NCBI GenBank assembly: GCA_029881795.1
Contig: JAOULX010000015.1
Span: forward strand, 1,810 to 65,809
DNA length: 64,000 nt
From: Gammaproteobacteria bacterium
Lineage (GTDB): Bacteria; Pseudomonadota; Gammaproteobacteria; SZUA-229
Direction: 5' to 3'
Shown in pieces: positions 19,663 through 27,800 of this stretch (its first letter is position 1; every line of letters begins with the position of its first letter). The notes below the pieces were generated by a model. The model worked only from the letters and a program-made list of their open reading frames with translations. It had not been told where the DNA came from and searched no databases. Both the position numbers and the translations under genes were made by a program.

Positions 19663-20646
19663 TTACACAGTCTGGTAGTACAGGTTTTGTGGATGATTTG
19701 CCTGCGCAAAGAAGAACCAGCGCTCAAAAATCAGACCAACAAACTGCACAACAAATGCAACTACCAGTAAAAATGAGTCAGCTGAACCAAAACCTGCTAG
19801 CAATAAAATCACAGGAACTGGGAAAACCAGCAGCATGAAAATATATTTAATCGATTTTAAGAACTTCGCTGTCTTGCCATGAAAATACTCACGCGTGTTA
19901 TACGAACCACCCTGCATACCCATTGCTTTTTGCTGAATCTTGTTATGACGCACACCCAGTGCAGACTTCATAGAAGATTTATATTTAATACGTGAGTTAC
20001 GATATAAGGTTGCCGCACGTGTAAACAAAACCACAACTGTCAGTACAACTGCCCACAGACTAAAGAATTTGGTCATTTCCGGTGCATTGTAAAAAGTACT
20101 GAACGCCGCAGCCATGGTGAAACCTGAAGCCGTACCAAACAGTGCATAGTTAATCACCGTTAATGGCGTCGCCCATTCCTGCAGAAACTTGATACAGGCG
20201 TAGATCATGCCAGTACAGATAAACAGAACGAACGATGCAATCATCGCCAGACTGCCTGAAACAATCAGACTGTAGCTGAAGTGGTTACCCACAGAGTCAC
20301 TGTAGATAATGCCATCTAATCCAAATAAATGAATAACACCGTAAATAAAAATCATCAGCATCATAAATGGCAGCGCGATAACTTCACGTGATAACCATGA
20401 AGTACGCCACATGCTTGCCGCACGCCATGCACGCTCAGGGTGACCTAAGTGAAAGACTGAAGCGATCAGCCCAGCAACTAAAAAGATTAACGCCAACACA
20501 CTACCTATACCGAAGAAATTAGTGTCTGACATTGAAGGCAATAAGTTCAGTTCAGTGTAAGCCTGAGCTGAAAACAATGCCAAAAATAAACCCTGACCAG
20601 TACCGATCAAAGTCGTTAAAAATACTACCGAAAACGCAGGATGCAT
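19663..20646 (-). CDS. soeC: Sulfite dehydrogenase membrane anchor SoeC (DmsC/NrfD-like)
   Basis: MHPAFSVVFLTTL, SVFHLGHPERAWRA, SWLSRE, ERWFFFAQA. Confidence 0.92.
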   Translation of the reverse strand: MHPAFSVVFLTTLIGTGQGLFLALFSAQAYTELNLLPSMSDTNFFGIGSVLALIFLVAGLIASVFHLGHPERAWRAASMWRTSWLSREVIALPFMMLMIFIYGVIHLFGLDGIIYSDSVGNHFSYSLIVSGSLAMIASFVLFICTGMIYACIKFLQEWATPLTVINYALFGTASGFTMAAAFSTFYNAPEMTKFFSLWAVVLTVVVLFTRAATLYRNSRIKYKSSMKSALGVRHNKIQQKAMGMQGGSYNTREYFHGKTAKFLKSIKYIFMLLVFPVPVILLLAGFGSADSFLLVVAFVVQFVGLIFERWFFFAQANHPQNLYYQTV

Positions 20647-20698
20647 AGCATTACTCCTGAGATTAAAAATTATGTCAGATTTAAACCTGACCTGTATT

Positions 20699-20815
20699 TT
20701 TTAGCTTTTTCATTCTCATTATTATGAGATTTAAAATGAGGGGAGAAATTTTTCAACCTCTTCCTCTCACCCTAGCCATCTCCCCAAGGAGAGGGAAGTC
20801 AATCAAAAGCTAAAA
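20699..20815. repeat. REP-like palindromic element bounded by an 11-bp inverted repeat
   Basis: TTTTAGCTTTT (20699-20709) and AAAAGCTAAAA (20805-20815) enclose cttcctctcaccctagccatctcc-ccaa-ggagagggaag. Confidence 0.55.
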
Positions 20816-20861
20816 CTTAAAACTGTTCATCAACTTTCCAGACCGAAGGATCAACTCTCAA

Positions 20862-20983
20862 GAAACGAGAGATTTTGTGTGCTGGGTAGGCGCGGTGCAG
20901 TTTTTAAAGCGGAGCGTACAAGTTAGTACGTGAGCATTTAAAAACTGTGCCGCAACACCCCCAGCGCGCAAAAGATCCGTTTC
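20862..20983 (+). repeat. About 120-nt long-hairpin element (MITE-like repeat or structured RNA)
   Basis: Nested arms: gaaacg/cgtttc, ttttgtgtgctggg/cccagcgcgcaaaa, gcggtgcagtttttaaa/tttaaaaactgtgccgc, cgtac/gtacg. Confidence 0.7.
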
Positions 20984-20985
20984 GA

Positions 20986-21711
20986 CTACCAGGAAGTAGA
21001 GTCGTCCAGCGTCGGCGCATCAACCGGCTCAACAGAATGTTCTTTGTTGAGTGGATTATCTGCACGCTGCAATTCATCTTCATGATAATGCAGCTTGGTC
21101 TTGCGACGTGGCAAATAATGGTTCGATGGATTCGTACCCCACTCTGGCATCAACTGGTAACCCGCGTTTTCGCGAATCGCAATCGACACTTCTGATTCTG
21201 AATCATGTACATCACCAAACAGACGTGCGCTGGTTGGGCATGACATAACACAGGCTGGTTTACGCTCATTCTCTGGTAACGATTCATCGTAAATACGATC
21301 AACACATAAAGTACATTTTTTCATGACTTTCTGATGTTCGTCGAATTCACGCGCACCGTATGGGCAAGCCCATGAACAATACTTACAACCGATACATTTG
21401 TCGTAATTTACCAGTACGATACCGTCTTCTTCACGTTTGAAGCTGGCACCTGTTGGGCAAACCGGAACGCAAGGTGCATCTTCACAATGCAGACAAGATT
21501 TAGGAAAATGCAGTGTTTCCGTTTTAGGGAACTCACCAATTTCATAAGTCTGTACACGGTTAAAGAAAGTACCGGTCGGGTCTTTGCTGTATGGATTGTC
21601 ATCTGACATCGCACCGGCCGGGCCTGAAGTGTTCCACTCTTTACAAGACGTAACACAGGCGTGACAACCGACACAAACATTTAAGTCAATAACAAGGGCT
21701 AACTGAGTCAT
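20986..21711 (-). CDS. soeB: Sulfite dehydrogenase 4Fe-4S subunit SoeB
   Basis: CVGCHACVTSC, CLHCEDAPCVPVCP, CIGCKYCSWACP, CTLC...CVMSCP. Confidence 0.93.
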   Translation of the reverse strand: MTQLALVIDLNVCVGCHACVTSCKEWNTSGPAGAMSDDNPYSKDPTGTFFNRVQTYEIGEFPKTETLHFPKSCLHCEDAPCVPVCPTGASFKREEDGIVLVNYDKCIGCKYCSWACPYGAREFDEHQKVMKKCTLCVDRIYDESLPENERKPACVMSCPTSARLFGDVHDSESEVSIAIRENAGYQLMPEWGTNPSNHYLPRRKTKLHYHEDELQRADNPLNKEHSVEPVDAPTLDDSTSW

Positions 21712-21713
21712 TA

Positions 21714-24617
21714 TTACTTAGCTCCTTTTTTTGTGAATTTGCCGGCAAAATAACCTAACCATGAACGACGCTGTTCCATGCCCGGGAATACCGGCATGGT
21801 GTCGAAAGTCGGGAAGGTTACTTTTTCTTCGTCATCTTCAGCTTTATAAACACGTACACGCACATCGTACCAACCTGCCTGACCGGTAATCGGATCAGAG
21901 TTTGATATATGCTCGCCACACTCATTTTTTGGCAGTTCTTCTGAGATCAGGTGATTCAGCAAGAAACCTTTATTGGATTCATTGGCTGTCTTATCCAGAT
22001 TCCATGCACCGCTGGCCTTACCCACTGCATTCCAGGTCCAGATCGTACCCGGCTCTACCGCTTCCGAGTAACGTGCCATACAACGCACTTTGCCGTGCAT
22101 TGATTCAGCCCACATCCAGCCACCGTCTTCAATCCCCTGCGCTTGCGCCGTTGAAGGATGAATGTGCATGTAGTTATGCGAATGAATCTGACGTAACCAG
22201 GCATTCTGCGAATCCCACGAGTGGTACATCGCCATTGGACGCTGAGTCAATGCGTTTAACGGATATTTATGTTTATCCGTTAACTGCGACTCTAAGGTCT
22301 CGCTGTAGAATGGTAACGGATCAAAGTGTTCTCTGACGCGTTCTTTCAAATGCTCTGGTGGTTGTTTACCAGCACGCTTGCCTTCTGCCGCTAAGCGGAA
22401 ACCTTGCAGTACTTCTGAATAAATATGAATATTTATTGGCTCTGCAAAACGCGTTAAACGGTGATCCTGTGCCCAGGTTAAATAACCTTTATTCCAGTTA
22501 CGCATGTACTGGTAAGACTTCGGCAGGTGATGATGATAAACGCAGTCATTCTTCTCATACATTTCCCACTGATTAGGATTCGGCTCACCCTTCATAAATT
22601 TCTCGCCGCCTTTACCACGCCAGCCAGATAAGAAACCGATACCGGAACCCGGCTCTGTTTCAAAATTCACAATGAAGTCAGGGTAGTCACGGAATTTACG
22701 TGACCCGTCTTTGTTAGTGAACGCCGGTAAACCTAAACGTGAACCCAGCTCAATAATCACTTCCTGGAACGGCTTGCAGTCACCTTTTGGTGGCACAACC
22801 GGTATACGAACCGAATCAACCGGACCTTCAAATTCTGAAATTGGACGATCCAGCATCGACATTACATCGTGACGCTCTAAATAAGTTGTATCCGGTAATA
22901 CCAGATCAGCAAACGCAACCGTTTCTGACTGGAATGCATCGGCAACGATTAAGAATGGAATCTTGAATTCACCATTCTCATCTTTGTCGTTCAGCATCTT
23001 ACGCACTTCAGAAGTGTTCATGCTTGAGTTCCAAGCCATGTTCGCCATGAAGATTAATAAGGTATCAATTTTGTACGGGTCGCCGCGCCATGCATTGGTG
23101 ATCGCATTGTGCATTAAGCCGTGTGCTGATAACGGAAATTCCCAAGAGAAGGCTTTATCGATACGAACCGGATTAGCATTTTCATCAACAAACAAATCAT
23201 CAGGATTTGCAGGCCAGCCTAATGGCATACCATTTAATGGTGTGTTTGGCTGAACATCTTCCGGACCTTTCGGGTTTTTCGCGCAAGGTGGAATTGGACG
23301 CGGGAACGGCGCTTTATGACGGAAACCACCCGGACGATCAATCGTACCTAATAATGTCATCAGGATAGATAAGGCACGGATAGTTTGGAAACCATTTGAG
23401 TGTGCCGCCAGACCACGCATTGCATGGAAAGAAACTGGGTTACCGGTTACCGTGTCATGGTCATTACCCCAGACATCCGTCCAGGCAATTGGCAGTTCGA
23501 TTTTTTCATCACGCGCCACAATACCCATTTCATGAGCAAGACGTTTGATGGTTTCAGCAGGAATACCAGTAATAGATGAAGCCCACTCAGGTGTATACTC
23601 TTCAACACGCTCTTTTAACAATTGCAGTGAAGATTTAACCTTAGTGCCATTTTCCAACGTGTAAGCACCAAACAGGAATGGATCGGCGCCTTTAGTATGA
23701 GTGATAACCGGCTCATTCTTATTACGATCCCACCACAGTTTATTCTCTGGATCGAAACAACCTTTTTCACCCACTTCAACATCTTTGTTACGCACAAACA
23801 TACCAAAGTCATCACTGCTCTCGTCCTGATTAACCAGCTCAGCGGCATTGGTGTACTGCACCAGGAACTCGCGGTCATACAGACCCTGTGTAATCAGCTC
23901 GTTAGTGATGGCTAATAATAACGCACCATCGGTACCCGGCTTGATCGGAACCCATTCATCGGCAATCGCGGAATAGCCAGTACGCACAGGGTTAACAGAG
24001 ATAAAGCGGCCACCGTTACGTTTGAATTTAGACAGCGCAATTTTCATCGGGTTGGAGTGATGATCTTCCGCCGTACCCAACATAATGAACAAGCGTGAAC
24101 GCTCAAGATCAGGACCACCGAACTCCCAGAAAGAACCACCGATGGTGTAGATCATGCCGGTTGCCATGTTCACCGAACAGAAACCACCGTGTGCCGCGTA
24201 GTTAGGTGTTCCGAACTGCTTGGCAAACATACCGGTAAGAGCCTGCATCTGGTCACGCCCCGTGAACAATGCAAATTTCTTCGGATCTGTGCCGCGCAAG
24301 TGACGCAGGCGTTCTTCCATTACCTCGAAAGCGCGATCCCAGCTGATTTCTTCAAAGTCGCCGGTACCACGTTCCGCGCCTTCGCGACGCATCAGAGGCT
24401 TGGTCAGACGAGCCGGTGAATACTGCTTCATGATGCCCGAAGCACCTTTCGCACAGATTACACCTTTGTTTAATGGATGATCCGGATTACCCTGGATATA
24501 ACGAACTTCGTTATCTCGCAACGTAACGCGGATACCACAACGACAGGCACACATATAACAGGTTGTATTTTTAACCTCTGTGCGACCATCACCAGCATTT
24601 GCAGTTGTCGTATTCAT
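21714..24617 (-). CDS. soeA: Sulfite dehydrogenase molybdopterin catalytic subunit SoeA
   Basis: TCYMCACRC Fe-S motif, FALFTGRDQMQALTG, AAHGGFCSVNMA, TQRPMAMYHSW; no Tat signal; operon with 4Fe-4S and DmsC-like genes. Confidence 0.93.
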   Translation of the reverse strand: MNTTTANAGDGRTEVKNTTCYMCACRCGIRVTLRDNEVRYIQGNPDHPLNKGVICAKGASGIMKQYSPARLTKPLMRREGAERGTGDFEEISWDRAFEVMEERLRHLRGTDPKKFALFTGRDQMQALTGMFAKQFGTPNYAAHGGFCSVNMATGMIYTIGGSFWEFGGPDLERSRLFIMLGTAEDHHSNPMKIALSKFKRNGGRFISVNPVRTGYSAIADEWVPIKPGTDGALLLAITNELITQGLYDREFLVQYTNAAELVNQDESSDDFGMFVRNKDVEVGEKGCFDPENKLWWDRNKNEPVITHTKGADPFLFGAYTLENGTKVKSSLQLLKERVEEYTPEWASSITGIPAETIKRLAHEMGIVARDEKIELPIAWTDVWGNDHDTVTGNPVSFHAMRGLAAHSNGFQTIRALSILMTLLGTIDRPGGFRHKAPFPRPIPPCAKNPKGPEDVQPNTPLNGMPLGWPANPDDLFVDENANPVRIDKAFSWEFPLSAHGLMHNAITNAWRGDPYKIDTLLIFMANMAWNSSMNTSEVRKMLNDKDENGEFKIPFLIVADAFQSETVAFADLVLPDTTYLERHDVMSMLDRPISEFEGPVDSVRIPVVPPKGDCKPFQEVIIELGSRLGLPAFTNKDGSRKFRDYPDFIVNFETEPGSGIGFLSGWRGKGGEKFMKGEPNPNQWEMYEKNDCVYHHHLPKSYQYMRNWNKGYLTWAQDHRLTRFAEPINIHIYSEVLQGFRLAAEGKRAGKQPPEHLKERVREHFDPLPFYSETLESQLTDKHKYPLNALTQRPMAMYHSWDSQNAWLRQIHSHNYMHIHPSTAQAQGIEDGGWMWAESMHGKVRCMARYSEAVEPGTIWTWNAVGKASGAWNLDKTANESNKGFLLNHLISEELPKNECGEHISNSDPITGQAGWYDVRVRVYKAEDDEEKVTFPTFDTMPVFPGMEQRRSWLGYFAGKFTKKGAK

Positions 24618-24722
24618 ATAATATCAATACCTATTGGGTCTTAATTTAGGGGGGCGAACCGGCCACCTCGCCGTTCTCGACAAGCCAGCCAGAACTGGTA
24701 GCTGCAATAAAGAGAGTATTGA

Positions 24723-24739
24723 GTATAGTCAAACTATAC
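24723..24739. promoter_or_regulatory. Palindromic operator GTATAGT-N3-ACTATAC overlapping a putative soeA -10 (TATACT, minus strand)
   Basis: Perfect 7-bp inverted repeat about 105 bp upstream of soeA. Confidence 0.5.
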
Positions 24740-24968
24740 AAAAAGCCCGCTCTAGAGCCCGCCTCTACCAGTTAAATTCTAATAAAAATCAATTATTTCA
24801 GACGAGCGTAAAAACCCAGACTAAAAAATTCAGCGCTGCAGTTTGCCTATATCATCAGCAACTCGCAAGATAGAATTTTTAATCAAGCGATAAGTAGTAT
24901 TTATCTATATAAGAATTTATTAATTTTAGTGCATTAGAATATGCGCATTCTATTAAATTGCGATAAAA

Positions 24969-25009
24969 TTGAAATAAATCAATCTGCAAACAATCAATAA
25001 GTCTATACT
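24969..25009 (+). promoter_or_regulatory. FNR/CRP-family box with -10 element upstream of moaA
   Basis: TTGAA-ATAA-ATCAA (24969-24982, one mismatch to TTGAT-N4-ATCAA); TATACT at 25004-25009 gives class II promoter spacing. Confidence 0.6.
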
Positions 25010-25049
25010 CTTTGCAATCACTCAGATCGATGCTCGCATCAGGATCACT

Positions 25050-26030
25050 ATGAATCAGCTCACTGATAAATTTGGACGCACCATCGAATACCTGAGGCTC
25101 TCCGTCACCGATCGCTGCGACCTGCGCTGTACTTACTGTATGCCCAAAGGCTTCAATGACTATGAAGACGCTGAAAACTCCCTGACTAATACTGAAATTG
25201 AGCGCGTCGTTAAAGCCTTTACCGAACTCGGCACCAAACGAATACGCCTGACAGGCGGTGAACCCCTGATACGAAAAGGTATTGCCGAACTGGCACACAA
25301 TCTCGCCGCATTACCCGGCCTGGAAGACCTCTCACTCAGCACCAACGCAACCCGCATGAGCAAATATGCTGACGACTTAAAAGCCAGCGGTATCCAGCGA
25401 CTCAATGTCAGCCTCGACACATTAGATGCCGACAAATTTAAACGCCTGACCGGTGGCAAACTCTCCAAAGTCATTGATGGCTTAATGGCCGCCAAAGCAG
25501 CCGGCTTCAAACCCATTAAAATCAATATGGTGGTAATGAAAGGCGAAAACGATATGGACGCTGAAGAGATACTCAGCTTCTGCATCGAACACGGATTTAC
25601 CTTGCGCTTTATTGAAACCATGCCAATGGGTGATACCGGCCGCAATGCTCAGGATCACTATATCGATCTGAAAATCATCAAACAACGGCTGGCAGAGAAA
25701 TTTGACCTGATTCCGGGCGTCATGCCCGGTGGTGGTCCGGCGCGATATATGAACGTCGCTGATACCGATATTAACATCGGCTTCATCACCCCAATTTCCC
25801 AGCACTTTTGTGATACCTGCAATCGGGTGCGCTTATCGGTTGATGGCACCATATATACCTGCCTCGGCCAGGAGCACCATATCGCACTGCGACCAATACT
25901 GCGAGCCAACTGCAGCGACGACGAACTAAAACAGGCCATTATTGATGCCATTAACCTCAAACCAGAAAAACACGAGTTCAATGAAAAACCTGAAAAACTG
26001 GTTCGCTTTATGTCAATGACGGGGGGCTAG
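25050..26030 (+). CDS. moaA: GTP 3',8-cyclase MoaA
   Basis: CDLRCTYC radical-SAM motif, RLTGGEP, FCDTCNRVRL, C-terminal MSMTGG. Confidence 0.97.
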   Translation: MNQLTDKFGRTIEYLRLSVTDRCDLRCTYCMPKGFNDYEDAENSLTNTEIERVVKAFTELGTKRIRLTGGEPLIRKGIAELAHNLAALPGLEDLSLSTNATRMSKYADDLKASGIQRLNVSLDTLDADKFKRLTGGKLSKVIDGLMAAKAAGFKPIKINMVVMKGENDMDAEEILSFCIEHGFTLRFIETMPMGDTGRNAQDHYIDLKIIKQRLAEKFDLIPGVMPGGGPARYMNVADTDINIGFITPISQHFCDTCNRVRLSVDGTIYTCLGQEHHIALRPILRANCSDDELKQAIIDAINLKPEKHEFNEKPEKLVRFMSMTGG

Positions 26031-26035
26031 ACCCT

Positions 26036-26143
26036 GTTTGCGGTTTGCGGTTTGCGGTTTGCGGTTTGCGGTTTGCAAAAGCATAATCAACTCATTCTAA
26101 GTTTTTGACACTCACTGCAAACTGAACACCGAATACGGCACAC
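26036..26143. repeat. Heptamer tandem repeat (CGGTTTG x5) with a degenerate inverted heptamer run
   Basis: Five perfect units at 26041-26075; ctgcaaa-ctgaaca-ccgaata-cggcaca at about 26115-26142. Confidence 0.85.
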
Positions 26144-26155
26144 TTAGATACCAAC

Positions 26156-26641
26156 ATGGGGTTTATTGAAGTCCCAGCCCTGAACCGCAAAGCGCCATCA
26201 ACAAGTTTCAAAATACAAGGCAAACAATTAAGTGTCGACCTTCTCACACCAATGACAGGTAAAACAGATACCAGACCGGTGCATATTTCATCATTAAACA
26301 CCTTTGCCGAACCCGTGCGATTTCTTGATTACCTGCTTGAAGACACTCAGCCTGCCGTTATTGTTGCTCGTGCAGGCATACTTGTTAATGTGCCAGCTCC
26401 CGCAAGGTATGCACTGCATAAACTGGTTACCGCAGAACGAAGGCCTGCCGCTATGCACCTGAAAGCAAACAAGGATATGAACCAGGCCACACAATTATTG
26501 AGCTTTCTGCTTGAAAACCGTGCCGGAGATATTACCAGCGCAGTAAAGGCAACAAAAATAATGCCAGAGAAATTCCAGCAACAACTAAAAAACAGTATTA
26601 ACAAGCTTCCGGCACAGCTAAGTAAACATATTAACCTGTAA
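26156..26641 (+). pseudogene. C-terminal fragment of a GSU2403-family nucleotidyltransferase-fold protein
   Basis: VDLLTP, VRFLDYLLE, VNVPAPARYALHKL, KANKDMNQA match the C-terminal half of the family; in-frame TGA at 26123-26125; N-terminal catalytic half absent. Confidence 0.65.
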
Positions 26642-26686
26642 AACGACATATACAACCGCTGGCTACACACTTACGACTATGCAGTT

Positions 26687-27523
26687 ATGGCAAGAATCAC
26701 AATAGACACATGGAACCCTGATTTTTTAAATCTATCCCTCATCTTTGATTCCATTAGAGATGTCGCGATACCTTTTACTCAATTAAAACACTGGCCAACA
26801 CTGGAACAGTTTGCAGACGAGTTTGGCCAAGACAAAATTCTATCCCGTAACGGCAAGCGCATTCAGCCGGTAGCACAGGGCGAAGCGCCGGAAAAGTTTG
26901 ATGAGCTTTACGAGTCACGCATTTTTTTAAAAGGTGAATTACAAACACGACTTGAAAACTGGCACGACTTTTTTAACGCCATGTGCTGGTTACAATTTCC
27001 AAAAATGAAATCTGCACTCAATGCCCTGCACTTCGAGCATTCACAAACCCGCGAGGCCGGTAGTAATCGCTCCGCACTGGAAAATGCCATCACACTGTTT
27101 GATGAATGCGGAGCCATTATTGTTTCTGATGATGAAAACCTGCTGCAACTGATTCGTCAGCACCAGTGGAAAGAACTGTTCGTAAAACACAGAAAGGCAT
27201 TCACTGACAAAGACACTCCGCGTCAAATTCGTGTTTATGTTGTCGGCCACGCAATGCATGAAAAAGCTCTGACACCATACCTGGGCATGACCACGCACTC
27301 CATTCTGATTCACCAACCCACAGCGTTCTTTGAACAAAGCCAGTTGTCGCAACTGCAGCAGCTAGATGAACAAATCGCCGGGTTATGGCAAGAAAAAACT
27401 ATTGCCTCAAGTAAAGACTTACAACCGTATCCACTACTGGGCACGCCCCACTGGTGGCAAGATGCGCAGGATGATGATTTCTATAACAACAATGATTATT
27501 TCAGAGCAAAAAAGATAAGCTAA
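26687..27523 (+). CDS. DUF3025 family protein
   Basis: YESRI...TRLENWHDFFNAMCWLQFP, AITLFDECG, GHAMHEK, PYPLLGTP, NNDYFR. Confidence 0.85.
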   Translation: MARITIDTWNPDFLNLSLIFDSIRDVAIPFTQLKHWPTLEQFADEFGQDKILSRNGKRIQPVAQGEAPEKFDELYESRIFLKGELQTRLENWHDFFNAMCWLQFPKMKSALNALHFEHSQTREAGSNRSALENAITLFDECGAIIVSDDENLLQLIRQHQWKELFVKHRKAFTDKDTPRQIRVYVVGHAMHEKALTPYLGMTTHSILIHQPTAFFEQSQLSQLQQLDEQIAGLWQEKTIASSKDLQPYPLLGTPHWWQDAQDDDFYNNNDYFRAKKIS

Positions 27524-27800
27524 GGACCACGGCGGAACTGCGTCCCATTATCCTAATAACAGCCAGCGCCTGCATTATAGACAAGAAAAAATGACACGTC
27601 CCTGCGCCAAACAATATCCATTTCAAAATAAGCAAGAGTTCTTGACCAGCTGCTAAGCCTATAAAAAAACCAGCGATAAAACATCACCCATTTAGGTGAA
27701 ATTAAATCTAAATGGCAACATATTCGATAAACAAGCACTCAATTTATCAAAGCCATCTGCATTTCACCTTGTAGCGTAAGTAAAATAAACCACCAAAGCG

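Noticed and set aside
21714..24617. DMSO, polysulfide or tetrathionate reductase call for the molybdoenzyme
   Set aside because: No Tat signal, and the motifs and partner subunits fit cytoplasm-facing SoeABC better.
25010..25049. Moco riboswitch upstream of moaA
   Set aside because: The predicted 5' UTR is only about 35 nt and I saw no matching multi-stem motif.
24634..25298. ORFs 24634-24873 (+) and 24879-25298 (-)
   Set aside because: They overlap the soeA/moaA promoter region or moaA itself, have no motifs, and no credible start signals.
26036..26143. CRISPR array
   Set aside because: 7-bp units with no spacers and no cas genes.
27553..27738. 61-aa minus-strand ORF between DUF3025 and the LuxR fusion
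   Set aside because: No SD, no motif, and composition like translated intergenic DNA.
27524..27800. RNase P RNA (rnpB), which I recall often lying next to DUF3025 genes
   Set aside because: No GAGGAAAGUCC or other rnpB signature on either strand; the region is AT-rich and short.
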